Positions 8,671-19,243 of a stretch of DNA of 64,000 bases are shown here, piece after piece. The notes under the pieces are model-generated. The model was given only the letters and a program-made list of their open reading frames with translations. It had not been told where the DNA came from and ran no database searches. Location of the stretch: positions 672,001 to 736,000 of the forward strand of contig OZ243974.1 in assembly GCA_965214775.1 (NCBI GenBank), read 5' to 3'. Position 1 is the stretch's first letter. Each line of letters begins with the position of its first letter. Origin of the DNA: Nitrosopumilus sp. Its GTDB lineage: Archaea; Thermoproteota; Nitrososphaeria; Nitrososphaerales; Nitrosopumilaceae. The position numbers and the translations under genes are program-made.

Positions 8671-10848
8671 TCATGGATCCGGGCAGCCGTCCAGATCGTT
8701 GTCACCGTCATAATCTTCCGGATCATATGGGCACATATCCTCGTCGTTGATGATGTCATCTAGGTCATCATCATGGACAAACCTCTGCTGTTCTGGGGCA
8801 GTATCCGGGCAGCCGTCCTCGTCCAGATATTTGTTCCAGGTTTCAGGGCTTGTCGGGCACGAGTCTGCTCCGTCATAATAGCCATCACTGTCAGAATCAT
8901 ATCTTGTCGGCTCGGTGGATTCTGCTCCCGGAACGTCCGGGCAGCCGTCCCAGTCAAGGTAGCCATTGAAATTTTCTTGTTCATCAATACAAGAGTCTTT
9001 TCGGTCTTCAATTCCGTCACCGTCAGTGTCCGGGAATGTATAGGACGTAACAGCAGAGCCTAATGTTGTATCAGGACAGCCGTCAAGATCCTGGAAGAAG
9101 TTGTAGGTTTCAGGTTCTAGTGGGCAAACATCGGATATATCTACAACCCCGTCTTGGTCAGCATCAGTAGTAATCGAGAATTTATCAGGACAGCCGTCAG
9201 TGTCCTGGAAGTCATTGTATACCTCAGCTCTGGTCGGGCACTGATCAATATGATCACCAATTCTGTCACCGTCAGTGTCTGCAACAAGTTTGTTATCAGC
9301 AACCAAGTCAGGGCAGCCGTCAAGATCCTGGAATCTGTTGTAGGTTTCCCTAGCTGTCGGACATTGATCTACGTCATCAGTAATGCCGTCAAAGTCAGCA
9401 TCGCCAAATGAATCATATGCAATTGTGTCAGGGCAGCCATCCTCGTCCTGGAATCCATTGTAACGTTCGCCAACAGTTGGACAGGAATCAAGCTCGTCTG
9501 GTATTCTATCATAATCAGAATCAGGCAATGCCGGCTTTAAGATGCCAGGAACGTCAGGACAGCCGTCAGCATCCAAATAACCGTTAAAGTTTTCAGGTTC
9601 GTCATCACATGCATCCCATCTGTCGTCAATTCCGTCACCGTCAGCATCCGGAAAGGCATAGAATGAAACCACAGAGTCTGCAGAGTCAGGACAGCCGTCA
9701 GCATCCTCAAAGAGATTGTAGGTTTCAGGTTCTGACGGGCATGCGTCCGTTGTGTTTGGAATGCCATCGAAATCAGAATCCAAGACAGAGACAAAGCTGT
9801 CAGGACAGCCGTCAGCATCTTCGTATCCGTTGAAAGTTTCTGGCTGGTTTGGGCACAGATCCAAGTTGTCAATTATACTGTCACCGTCAGTGTCAAATGC
9901 AAAGTTGTTATCGGCAACCAAGTCAGGACATCCGTCGGTGTCCTGTAAAAGATTGTAGGTTTCTTTATTGTAAGGACACATGTCAAATTCGTCTGGTATT
10001 CCATCATAATCAGAATCACCAGTGTTTGTCAGCCTAACACTGTCAGGACATCCGTCCTCATCCTGAAAGTTGTTGAAATTCTCACGTTCTGTCGGACAGG
10101 CATCAAGATCATCGGGAATACTGTCATAGTCCGTATCAGCTAGTCCAGCTGAATCTATTCCAGGCACTTCCGGACATCCGTCCAAGTCAAGATATTCATT
10201 GAAATTCTCACGTTCATTCAAGCACTGGTCCCATCTATCATCAATGCCGTCGCCGTCGGTGTCTGGGAAAGAGTACGGAGCATCAATTCCGTCAACGGAA
10301 TCCGGGCAGCCGTCCAGGTCGTTGAGTTTGTTGTAAGTCTCCGGTTCCAGCGGGCATGTATCCTTCCTGTCTGAAATTCCGTCTTGATCAGCATCTCTGA
10401 GGGCCAGCTCGTCGTCAGGGCAGCCGTCGCCGTCATCAATTCCGTTAAAGACTTCGGCTTGGGTAGGACACAAGTCCACATAGTCAGGATAGCCGTCGCC
10501 GTCGGTGTCTGCCGTTCCGGAGCCTGCGTCTCCAGATAGATCCGGACAGCCGTCGCCGTCATCAACCATGTTGTAGGTTTCTTTTACGGTCGGACACTGG
10601 TCTATATGATCTTGAATTCCGTCATAGTCTGCGTCATACCATGGAACAAAATCAGCGGGACAGCCGTCAATGTTGTTGCCGTATTCCGGATCATAGTCCT
10701 CCAAAAGATGGGGGCAGAGATCAGCATTATTTGGAACGCCGTCTCCATCTGTGTCAATATCAGTGCCAGCAGCATAAACGCCACTGGGCATCATGCCAAT
10801 TGACGCCGTAACTAAAAGCAAAAATCCTAAAAGAAGCTGTTTTTTCAT
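8671..10848 (-). CDS. Secreted thrombospondin type-3 repeat (Ca-binding) protein, paralog 1
   Basis: Signal peptide MKKQLLLGFLLL; ~17 D.DGDG.PD..D.CP...E..N...D.DGCPD units; ATG at 10848 preferred over ORF-track start. Confidence 0.92.
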   Translation of the reverse strand: MKKQLLLGFLLLVTASIGMMPSGVYAAGTDIDTDGDGVPNNADLCPHLLEDYDPEYGNNIDGCPADFVPWYDADYDGIQDHIDQCPTVKETYNMVDDGDGCPDLSGDAGSGTADTDGDGYPDYVDLCPTQAEVFNGIDDGDGCPDDELALRDADQDGISDRKDTCPLEPETYNKLNDLDGCPDSVDGIDAPYSFPDTDGDGIDDRWDQCLNERENFNEYLDLDGCPEVPGIDSAGLADTDYDSIPDDLDACPTERENFNNFQDEDGCPDSVRLTNTGDSDYDGIPDEFDMCPYNKETYNLLQDTDGCPDLVADNNFAFDTDGDSIIDNLDLCPNQPETFNGYEDADGCPDSFVSVLDSDFDGIPNTTDACPSEPETYNLFEDADGCPDSADSVVSFYAFPDADGDGIDDRWDACDDEPENFNGYLDADGCPDVPGILKPALPDSDYDRIPDELDSCPTVGERYNGFQDEDGCPDTIAYDSFGDADFDGITDDVDQCPTARETYNRFQDLDGCPDLVADNKLVADTDGDRIGDHIDQCPTRAEVYNDFQDTDGCPDKFSITTDADQDGVVDISDVCPLEPETYNFFQDLDGCPDTTLGSAVTSYTFPDTDGDGIEDRKDSCIDEQENFNGYLDWDGCPDVPGAESTEPTRYDSDSDGYYDGADSCPTSPETWNKYLDEDGCPDTAPEQQRFVHDDDLDDIINDEDMCPYDPEDYDGDNDLDGCPDP

Positions 10849-10923
10849 TATCCCTGACTTCGCTATTATCAAGTATTTATTAAGTCTCACGTTAAATGAG
10901 TTTCCTAAGGATTTGACGCTGGA

Positions 10924-13140
10924 TCATGGATCCGGGCAGCCATCCAGATCGTTGTCGCCGTCATAATCTTCCGGATCATATGGGCACATGTCCTCGTCGT
11001 TGATGATGTCATCCAGGTCATCATCATGGACAAACCTTTGCTGTTCTGGGGCAGTATCCGGGCAGCCGTCGCCGTCCATATATTTGTTCCAGGTTTCAGG
11101 GCTTGTCGGACACGAGTCTGTTGCATCCGGATAGCCGTCATGGTCAGAATCTGCATAGGTTGGAGTAGTTGATTCGGCACCTGGAACATCCGGGCAGCCG
11201 TCCCAATCAAGGTAGCCGTTGTAGTTCTCCTGCTCGTCAATGCACGAATCCCACCTGTCTTCAATGCCGTCACCGTCAGTGTCTGGGAAAGAGTATGTAG
11301 GGCCCACTGCATCGGCAGTGTCAGGGCAGCCGTCGCCGTCATTGAGTCTGTTGTAAGTTTCCGGTTCTAGCGGGCATGCATCAGAGACATCCATTATTCC
11401 ATCCATATCTGTATCAACTTGTGATAGTTGATAATCAGGACATCCGTCAGCATCTTCAATACCGTTGAATGTTTCTGGCTGTGTCGGGCACAAATCAGAC
11501 ATGTCTGCAAATCCATCGCCGTCGGTGTCTGCAACCAACTTGTTATCTGCAACAAAGTCCGGGCAGCCGTCGGTGTCCTGGAATCTGTTGTAGGTTTCTT
11601 TGATTTCAGGACACATGTCTACATCATCAAATATTCCGTCACCGTCAGTGTCTCCTATTTTCATGTAATCAATACTGTCCGGGCAGCCGTCGCCGTCCTG
11701 GAACTTGTTGTAACGCTCAGCTAAAGTAGGACAATTGTCCAGATGATCTGCAAGGCCGTCATAGTCAGTATCAATCATATCACCGACAGTAGTCCCTGGA
11801 ACATCCGGGCAGCCGTCCCAGTCAAGGTAGCCGTTGTAGTTCTCCTGCTCGTCAATGCACGAATCCCACCTGTCTTCAATGCCATCACCGTCAGTGTCTG
11901 AGAAAGAGTATGAAGGGCCCACTGCATCGGCAGTGTCAGGGCAGCCGTCGCCGTCATTGAGTCTGTTGTAAGTTTCCGGTTCCAGCGGGCATGCATCCAT
12001 TGTATTTGGAATGCCATCAAAATCAGAGTCATGTTTTTCCATGTGTTGATCAGGGCAGCCGTCATCATCAAATAAACCGTTGAAAGTTTCTGGCTGTGTC
12101 GGGCACAGATCCAAGGCATCTGCATATCCATCGCCGTCGGTGTCTGCAATCAACTTGTTATCAGCAACCAGATCAGGGCAGCCATCTTCGTCCTCAAACA
12201 TGTTAAATGTTTCAGGGCTAAAAGGACATGCGTCATCAAAATCCATTATTGTGTCTCCGTCTGCATCACCGGTAGTAAATAATCGTAAAACGTCAGGGCA
12301 GCCGTCGCCGTCCTCAAATTTATTATAATTTTCACGATCCAAGGGACATTGATCCATGCCGTCTGGAATGCCGTCATAATCAGCATCAGGAATTTCCAAC
12401 GATTCTGCACCTGGAACATCCGGGCAGCCGTCCCAGTCAAGGTAGCCGTTGTAGTTCTCCTGCTCGTCAATGCACGAGTCCCACCTGTCTTCAATGCCGT
12501 CGCCGTCGGTGTCTGGGAAAGAGTACGGAGCATCAATTCCGTCAACGGAATCCGGACAGCCGTCGCCGTCTTGATATCTATTGTAAGTTTCCGGTTCCAG
12601 CGGGCATGTATCCTTCCTGTCTGAAATTCCGTCTTGATCAGCATCTCTGAGGGCCAGCTCGTCGTCAGGGCAGCCGTCGCCGTCATCAATTCCGTTAAAG
12701 ACTTCGGCTTGGGTAGGACACAAGTCCATATAGTCAGGATAGCCGTCACCGTCGGTGTCTGCCGTTCCGGAGCCTGCGTCTCCAGATAGATCCGGACAGC
12801 CGTCGCCGTCATCAACCATGTTGTAGGTTTCTTTTACGGTCGGACACTGGTCTATATGATCTTGAATTCCGTCATAGTCTGCGTCATACCATGGAACAAA
12901 ATCAGCGGGACAGCCGTCAATGTTGTTGCCGTATTCCGGATCATAGTCCTCCAAAAGATGGGGGCAGAGATCAAGTTCGTTTGGGACGCCGTCTCCATCA
13001 GTGTCAATCTCCCCGTTGGCAGCAGTAGCTGCAGCTGCATAAACGCCGCTTGGCATCGCTGTCATAGTCATCATCATCATCGTGCCAGTTGATACTACCG
13101 CAGCTAGAAGCAAAAATCCTAAAAGAAGCTGTTTTTTCAT
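10924..13140 (-). CDS. Secreted thrombospondin type-3 repeat protein, paralog 2
   Basis: Same architecture; 5' and 3' blocks near-identical to paralog 1. Confidence 0.92.
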   Translation of the reverse strand: MKKQLLLGFLLLAAVVSTGTMMMMTMTAMPSGVYAAAATAANGEIDTDGDGVPNELDLCPHLLEDYDPEYGNNIDGCPADFVPWYDADYDGIQDHIDQCPTVKETYNMVDDGDGCPDLSGDAGSGTADTDGDGYPDYMDLCPTQAEVFNGIDDGDGCPDDELALRDADQDGISDRKDTCPLEPETYNRYQDGDGCPDSVDGIDAPYSFPDTDGDGIEDRWDSCIDEQENYNGYLDWDGCPDVPGAESLEIPDADYDGIPDGMDQCPLDRENYNKFEDGDGCPDVLRLFTTGDADGDTIMDFDDACPFSPETFNMFEDEDGCPDLVADNKLIADTDGDGYADALDLCPTQPETFNGLFDDDGCPDQHMEKHDSDFDGIPNTMDACPLEPETYNRLNDGDGCPDTADAVGPSYSFSDTDGDGIEDRWDSCIDEQENYNGYLDWDGCPDVPGTTVGDMIDTDYDGLADHLDNCPTLAERYNKFQDGDGCPDSIDYMKIGDTDGDGIFDDVDMCPEIKETYNRFQDTDGCPDFVADNKLVADTDGDGFADMSDLCPTQPETFNGIEDADGCPDYQLSQVDTDMDGIMDVSDACPLEPETYNRLNDGDGCPDTADAVGPTYSFPDTDGDGIEDRWDSCIDEQENYNGYLDWDGCPDVPGAESTTPTYADSDHDGYPDATDSCPTSPETWNKYMDGDGCPDTAPEQQRFVHDDDLDDIINDEDMCPYDPEDYDGDNDLDGCPDP

Positions 13141-13154
13141 TCCAAGAAATACTC

Positions 13155-15590
13155 CTAATTATCAGGACATCCGTCTGAATCCCTATCCCCGTCATAATCC
13201 TCTGCTTCCAGAGGGCACATGTCATGCTCGTTGATAATACCATCCAAGTCAGCATCGTGTTTGTATCTTGATTGCTCTGGAGCAATGTCCGGGCAGCCGT
13301 CGTGATCATTGTATTTGTTCCAAGTCTCTTTCAAGTCACTGCATGCGTCAACTTCGTCACGAATTCCATCTTGATCAGAATCCGTTACTGTATTTCCAGT
13401 AGGCAGCACATCTGGGCAACCGTCATAGTCGACATATCTGTTCCACACTTCGCCTTGTTCTGGACATATGTCCATTACATCTGGAACTCCATCACCGTCA
13501 GAGTCAGGTCTTGCATCATCAATGTCCGGGCAGCCGTCGTCGTCCTGGAACGCGTTATAATTTTCAGCGGCTAGGGGACAGTCGTCATAAACATCCAGGA
13601 TGCCGTCACTGTCTGAATCAACATCCATTGATTCTAGGATGGAATCAGGGCAGCCGTCGTCGTCCTGGAATTTATTGTAGGTCTCTTTGGAAATCGGACA
13701 TGCATCAACATCGTCTGGAATCCCATCCATATCTCTGTCTTGGCCCAAAATGTAATCGTCAGGGCAGCCGTCCATATCTAGAATTCCATTATAGGTTTCT
13801 GGCTGGTTCGGACAGTGATCCCTGTAATCGTTAATTTCATCACCGTCAGAGTCCGGAGTTCCTTTGTTATCACCTACAGTGTCAGGGCAGCCGTCGTCGT
13901 CTTCAAACATGTTGTAAGTTTCTGGAACTAGCGGGCATTGGTCAGTCTCATCAGCTAATCCGTCAAAGTCAGAATCTGCTTCAGTAACAAAGTCAGGATA
14001 GTCAGGGCAGCCGTCGTCGTCCTGGAATCCGTTGTATCTTTCTCTTTCAAGCGGGCATTGGTCAACAGAATCTAGAACGCCATCAAAGTCAGAATCTGCT
14101 TCAGAAGGATTATCCGGGCAGCCGTCATGATCCAGGTATCTGTTCCATGTTTCAGTAGATGACGGACATTGGTCTAGGGAATCCCTAATTCCGTCACTGT
14201 CAGAATCAACGATTGTGGCATCCGGGCAGCCGTCATGATCCAGGTATCCGTTGACTGTTTCAGGTTCCAACGGACAGTTGTCATTCAAATCAAAAATTCC
14301 ATCACCATCAAAGTCTAATCCTGACAATCCGGCAACACTGTCTGGACAGCCGTCAGAATCATTTGCCCCGTTATAGTTTTCTTTAGCAGTAGGACATGCG
14401 TCTAAATTGTCAGGGATTCCGTCAAGATCCCTGTCTGGTATGTCATTGTCATCAGGACAGCCGTCCCTGTCAAATAAACCGTTGAAGGTTTCCGGTTGGT
14501 TCGGACACAGGTCATTAAAGTCATTGATTCCATCCCCGTCAGAGTCTGGAACTCCACTGCTGTCTCCGACAAAGTCAGGACAGCCGTCGTAATCTTCAAA
14601 CATGTTGTAAGTTTCTTTTACGTCCGGACACTGATCAACACTATTTGGAATTCCGTCTAAATCAGAATCAGCATCCCTAGAATAAGGCGGAATGTCCGGA
14701 CAGCCGTCGTCGTCCTGGAATCCGTTGTATCTTTCTGGCTCTAACGGACATGCGTCGTCTGCATCCGCTATTCTGTCACCATCAGCATCATCAATGGATC
14801 CTGCAAACGAGGGAATTGAGTCCGGACAGCCGTCGTAATCTGCAAAACGATTGTAAGTTTCAGGATCACTAGGACAAATATCAAACTGGTCTGCAATTCC
14901 ATCACCGTCTGCATCATCAAACGAAGTATCTAATACAGCGTCGGGACAGCCGTCCTCGTCCATATAGCCATTAAACACTTCAGGTTCTGCAGGACACAGA
15001 TCAATTTTGTCTTGTATGCCGTCATTGTCAGTATCAATAAATTGCAAGTCATTAATTGAGTCAGGACAGCCGTCCTCGTCCTGGAATCTGTTGTAGGTTT
15101 CGCTACTCAGCGGGCATTGATCGAGATAGTCCGAAACTCCATCCAAGTCTCTGTCACCAGAACCAAACGTGTCAGGACAGCCGTCTCTGTCCAAAATTCC
15201 GTTGAAGGTTTCCGGTTGGTTCGGACAATTGTCAGCCGTATCGGCAAAACCGTCACCGTCAGAATCAGGCAGACCGCCCTTGCCTCCAGCCGGGGAAATA
15301 TCAGGACAGCCGTCCTCGTCCTGGAATAAATTGTAATGTTCTTTTAGGCTTGGGCATTGGTCAATATGATCTTCAATTCCATCATAGTCCTCGTCATACC
15401 ATGGAACAAAGTTTGAAGGACATCCGTCTATTGTTCCTTCATAGTCTTCTTGAAGATTTGGGCATGCATCCATTGAGTCATCTATGCCGTCATTATCCAA
15501 GTCATCAGCGGCATAAACTGTTGCCAAAGGCATACTAGTCAAGGTAGTAACAAGCAACAATAGGAACGGTAAAACGTGTATTTTCTTCAA
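13155..15590 (-). CDS. Secreted thrombospondin type-3 repeat protein, paralog 3 (more diverged)
   Basis: Signal peptide, DGCPD repeats, shared FVPWYD N-terminal and APEQ C-terminal motifs; TTG start. Confidence 0.92.
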   Translation of the reverse strand: MKKIHVLPFLLLLVTTLTSMPLATVYAADDLDNDGIDDSMDACPNLQEDYEGTIDGCPSNFVPWYDEDYDGIEDHIDQCPSLKEHYNLFQDEDGCPDISPAGGKGGLPDSDGDGFADTADNCPNQPETFNGILDRDGCPDTFGSGDRDLDGVSDYLDQCPLSSETYNRFQDEDGCPDSINDLQFIDTDNDGIQDKIDLCPAEPEVFNGYMDEDGCPDAVLDTSFDDADGDGIADQFDICPSDPETYNRFADYDGCPDSIPSFAGSIDDADGDRIADADDACPLEPERYNGFQDDDGCPDIPPYSRDADSDLDGIPNSVDQCPDVKETYNMFEDYDGCPDFVGDSSGVPDSDGDGINDFNDLCPNQPETFNGLFDRDGCPDDNDIPDRDLDGIPDNLDACPTAKENYNGANDSDGCPDSVAGLSGLDFDGDGIFDLNDNCPLEPETVNGYLDHDGCPDATIVDSDSDGIRDSLDQCPSSTETWNRYLDHDGCPDNPSEADSDFDGVLDSVDQCPLERERYNGFQDDDGCPDYPDFVTEADSDFDGLADETDQCPLVPETYNMFEDDDGCPDTVGDNKGTPDSDGDEINDYRDHCPNQPETYNGILDMDGCPDDYILGQDRDMDGIPDDVDACPISKETYNKFQDDDGCPDSILESMDVDSDSDGILDVYDDCPLAAENYNAFQDDDGCPDIDDARPDSDGDGVPDVMDICPEQGEVWNRYVDYDGCPDVLPTGNTVTDSDQDGIRDEVDACSDLKETWNKYNDHDGCPDIAPEQSRYKHDADLDGIINEHDMCPLEAEDYDGDRDSDGCPDN

Positions 15591-15728
15591 TGCCTAAGAT
15601 TACCGTGGTGATCCAGTTATTAAACCTCACTCTAGAATCGTCCAAAAAGCCCAATAGATTTGAGAAAAGTTTCAAAGTCAGACAGAAAACCCGATCAATT
15701 TAAGTAAACGAAAACAGGTTTTCAACTC

Positions 15729-16760
15729 ATGAGTTGTTCTGGAGAAGTAATTGAACAAGACGATCAGCTGATTCGGATCAAGCCAGCCGTCTCAGAACAG
15801 CTAAAAAGGGCCAAGTACGGAGTGGCAGATCATTCGACAGTCGAGCTTTGCCATTGGACAAAAAAATCGTTCAGGCACGAAGGCAGCTGCTATAAGCACA
15901 AGTTTTATGGAATCTCAACTCACAGATGTATGGAGTTTTCTCCAGCTGGAATGCATTGTGAAAATAGATGCGTGTATTGTTGGAGACCGATGGAGTTTTA
16001 TGACTCGCTGGAAATGAGGCCCGAACACGTTGCAGAACCAGAAGGGATATTGGAAAAGCTGATGGCCGAAAGAAAGAGGCTGATCAACGGGTACTACGGA
16101 GACTCTCGAAACGATAAGCAGAGATTAGACGAGTCATTGTTGCCAAGTCATTATGCAATTTCACTTTCTGGGGAACCGACAATGTATCCCAAACTTCCAG
16201 AACTCATCAGATACCTTAATTCACTTGAAGATACAAAATCAGTTTTTCTTGTAACAAACGGACAAGAACCAGACATGATTCAACGATTGCAAGACGAGGA
16301 TGCACTGCCTACGCAGTTGTACCTGTCAACAAACGCGTCAGATTATGAGTCGTTTATAAATATTAACAAGCCGAGATATGATGATTCTTGGGAAAGATGG
16401 AACCGCACTTTAAACATGCTAAAGGGATTAGATACCAGAACCGTTTTACGAATAACTTTGATAAGAGGCTATAACGATAAAAAGGAAATGATTCCTGCAT
16501 TTGCAGAAATGCTCGGAAAAGATAGCCCCCATTTTGTTGAAATTAAATCATACATGCACATTGGACGCTCAACAAATCGATTAGAGCGTTCAAACATGTT
16601 AGAAATGCAAGAAGTCAGAGAGTTTAGCAGTCAGGTAGCAAAACAAAGCAGGATATTTTCAGTAATGGACGAAAGCTTTGTCTCAAGAATATCGGTGCTG
16701 CAAAATAACGAACGGTTCATTGATCGGTGGATTCCTGCCTACGCAGACAATACCAGCTAG
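15729..16760 (+). CDS. taw1: 4-demethylwyosine synthase (radical SAM, TYW1/Taw1)
   Basis: CHWTKKS, CYKHKFYGISTHRC, CENRCVYCWR, AISLSGEPT. Confidence 0.93.
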   Translation: MSCSGEVIEQDDQLIRIKPAVSEQLKRAKYGVADHSTVELCHWTKKSFRHEGSCYKHKFYGISTHRCMEFSPAGMHCENRCVYCWRPMEFYDSLEMRPEHVAEPEGILEKLMAERKRLINGYYGDSRNDKQRLDESLLPSHYAISLSGEPTMYPKLPELIRYLNSLEDTKSVFLVTNGQEPDMIQRLQDEDALPTQLYLSTNASDYESFININKPRYDDSWERWNRTLNMLKGLDTRTVLRITLIRGYNDKKEMIPAFAEMLGKDSPHFVEIKSYMHIGRSTNRLERSNMLEMQEVREFSSQVAKQSRIFSVMDESFVSRISVLQNNERFIDRWIPAYADNTS

Positions 16761-17289
16761 CAAATTTTGTCAAGGCTTTGCATCTGTGGGACAGTTCGTT
16801 TTTGTTCCTGGTTTCTGCAAATGTTTTAGACGAATTTTTTGGAATGAAAACCGGGTCATACCCCCAGCCCTTCCCTTTTGGTTTTTTAGAGATCATTCCT
16901 TCAATCTTTCCCTTGAAAGATTTTGTGATTTTTTTGTCGCAGTAAGTAATCAGAGAGACAAATTTTGCATCCCTTCTTTTTGCACGAAGCAAGTTCAGAA
17001 TTCCTCTGTTACCAATTGTTTGAAAGGCAAAAGACGAGTATGGTCCGGGAAACCCGGCAAGCGAGCTTATGAACAGTCCGTCGTCTTCAACAATTAGTGG
17101 CTTGTTGCATCTTGAGAATGCATCTTTTGCCTTTTTAGTTGCAATCTTTTCAATCGAATCGGACTGAACTTCCTCCAAACTTAGTTTTAAGAAACCCAGT
17201 CTGATTCCAGATGAACCAAGAATGGCTTGTGCCTCCAGATACTTGTGCTTGTTTGAGGAGGCAAAGAAAAGATCAGACGACTGTTGCAT
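16717..17289 (-). CDS. rdgB: Non-canonical purine NTP pyrophosphatase (RdgB/HAM1)
   Basis: FASSNKHK, VEDDGL, GFPGPYS, WGYDPVF, SHR; start moved to MQQSS. Confidence 0.92.
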   Translation of the reverse strand: MQQSSDLFFASSNKHKYLEAQAILGSSGIRLGFLKLSLEEVQSDSIEKIATKKAKDAFSRCNKPLIVEDDGLFISSLAGFPGPYSSFAFQTIGNRGILNLLRAKRRDAKFVSLITYCDKKITKSFKGKIEGMISKKPKGKGWGYDPVFIPKNSSKTFAETRNKNELSHRCKALTKFASWYCLRRQESTDQ

Positions 17290-17893
17290 ACCTTCCACGA
17301 CTCTCAATTTCTGAAACCAGATGCAAGATTTGGGCACGCCTGGAGGCCCCTACAATTGATTTGTACCCGGCAAGAAAGTTTTTCCAGCTTGGCTGCATGA
17401 TTTGGGCATGGGCACTATTCAAAATTTCTTTGATTAATCGCAGATCGACTGCATGATCCTCGGGTTTGGTTGAGTTTTGAGACAGTCCAAAATCAATGAT
17501 GTAAATTCGATTTTTGTAAAAAATAAAGTTGGACGTTGTTAAATCTCCGTGCATTATTCCGTTTTTGTGAAGAATGCCTGCCAATCTTCCCATTTCTTTG
17601 GAGAGTCTGGCAATTTTGGAGTTTGGCAGATCGTGTACAGGAGTGCCCGGTATCTCTTGCATGAAAATTGCCGAATCCTTAACATTTACAAAATATACCA
17701 GTGGCGAAGAAACGCCAAAGGATTTGACATGGGAAATGGTTTGTGCTTCCTTGATAGTCCTGTGTTTTCGAATTTTATAATCCAAGGCAGGACTCCTGTA
17801 AGACTTTGGCCTGCGTATCTTTAGAATCGCTTTAGAGCCATTCCATGCCGTCTGATAGATGTCGGCCTCTGCGCCTTTTTTGAGCAGCTTCAT
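17273..17893 (-). CDS. bud32: KEOPS kinase Bud32
   Basis: KKGAEA, HGDLTTSN, IDFGL, AVDL, IESRGRY. Confidence 0.93.
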   Translation of the reverse strand: MKLLKKGAEADIYQTAWNGSKAILKIRRPKSYRSPALDYKIRKHRTIKEAQTISHVKSFGVSSPLVYFVNVKDSAIFMQEIPGTPVHDLPNSKIARLSKEMGRLAGILHKNGIMHGDLTTSNFIFYKNRIYIIDFGLSQNSTKPEDHAVDLRLIKEILNSAHAQIMQPSWKNFLAGYKSIVGASRRAQILHLVSEIESRGRYATVV

Positions 17894-17929
17894 TAACGTT
17901 ATATCCAGAGGGATTCAATAAAAGTCAAC

Positions 17930-18259
17930 ATGTATGAGGGAGAGAAGAAAATCAAGGACGAGGATTGTCATGAAGACAGTCTTGGTGCAGGAATTCTTAT
18001 TTTGACAAACAGGAGGCTGGCATTTGATAAGACAAGATCAAGAATGATGGATTTTTCTAAAAGGATCGAAGATACAATTCTTGACGTTCCATTAAACGAC
18101 GTCACAAAAACCTGGAAGGAGGGACTGTTGATGAAAAAAGCTTGTTTTTCTGCAAAGACTTCCGAAGGAGAGCAGACCTACAAGTTTGGAGTTTTTAACA
18201 CCGGTAGTTGGGTAAACAGCATCCAAGATGCCATGGACGGTTCACAAGAGGATCAATAG
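17930..18259 (+). CDS. Small hypothetical protein (PH-like fold possible)
   Basis: 109-aa ORF with GILILTNRRLAF motif. Confidence 0.7.
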   Translation: MYEGEKKIKDEDCHEDSLGAGILILTNRRLAFDKTRSRMMDFSKRIEDTILDVPLNDVTKTWKEGLLMKKACFSAKTSEGEQTYKFGVFNTGSWVNSIQDAMDGSQEDQ

Positions 18260-19236
18260 TCCACCCTTACAGAATCTAGCCGCCAAGATTGAGTAACAAA
18301 GGCATCTTTGATTGGAACGCCAGGCTTAACTTGGGATTCTAGCAGTCCAGTCCAACAAATCTGGCTGCCGCAATCGCCTGCATATTGGATGGGAACAACA
18401 AAAAAATTGCAGCCATGCCGTTTGCAAACGTCTTTTAGCATTTCAGACAGCCTTTTGTTTGCTGCAACCCCGCCTACAACCATCAACTCTTTTTTTCTTG
18501 TAAATGACAGGGCTCTCTCTACTGCTTCGCTGATCATGGCAAAAGCAGTTTCTTGTAATGAGTAGCACGCATCGGATTTGCTTTCTTTGGCAGCAGATTT
18601 TGTGGCCGAAAGCAGTCCTGAAAAAGACACGTCGTTGCCCTTTACCGAATATGGCAATGGGACATAATTTGACGAAGACAAAGCAAGCTCTTCGATGTTT
18701 CTTCCACACGGGGATGCAAGACCGATTGAGCGCCCGAACTGGTCAAGCAATTGTCCCAGTGTAATGTCCAGTGTTTCGCCAAAAACCCTCCATTGCTTGT
18801 TTAGAAATGCAAGCAGCATGGTATGGCCCCCAGACACTAAAAGAACCAAGGGGTTTGCAGCTCCGGTAAGTAGCTTTCCTAGTTCAATGTGGCCGATTGC
18901 ATGGTTGACAGGATAAATCGGAATCCTGTAAAAGGATGCCAGTGATCTTGCCACTACGGCGCCTACCCGCAGGCATGGCCCCAGTCCAGGTCCGGCAGCA
19001 TAGGAGACAAGGTCTAAATCCCCAATGGAAACGTTGGCCTCATCCATGCACCGAGACAGAACCGCGGGGCTGCTATCAACGTGATGGCGCGATGCCTCTC
19101 TTGGATGAATTCCTTTGCCCTCCTCTGGACGAAAGACTCTTCTCACATCAGACAGAATTCTGCCTTTTTTTCCCTTCTTTTCGATTACTGCACATGAGAA
19201 CGTGTGAGCAGTGCTTTCGATTCCCAGACCCAGCAT
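18253..19236 (-). CDS. kae1: KEOPS t6A synthase Kae1
   Basis: GIESTAHT, GIHPREA, VNHAIGHIE, LLVSGGHT, GGVAANK. Confidence 0.95.
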   Translation of the reverse strand: MLGLGIESTAHTFSCAVIEKKGKKGRILSDVRRVFRPEEGKGIHPREASRHHVDSSPAVLSRCMDEANVSIGDLDLVSYAAGPGLGPCLRVGAVVARSLASFYRIPIYPVNHAIGHIELGKLLTGAANPLVLLVSGGHTMLLAFLNKQWRVFGETLDITLGQLLDQFGRSIGLASPCGRNIEELALSSSNYVPLPYSVKGNDVSFSGLLSATKSAAKESKSDACYSLQETAFAMISEAVERALSFTRKKELMVVGGVAANKRLSEMLKDVCKRHGCNFFVVPIQYAGDCGSQICWTGLLESQVKPGVPIKDAFVTQSWRLDSVRVDY

Positions 19237-19243
19237 CGTCCTC

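Noticed and set aside
10241-12973. Near-identical repeats as a DGR template/variable pair
   Set aside because: No reverse transcriptase in the window, both copies are coding, and the differences are not obviously adenine-specific.
8671-15590. Regularly spaced GGGCAGCCGTC motifs resembling a CRISPR array
   Set aside because: They are the DGCP codons of TSP3 protein repeats inside three long open frames.
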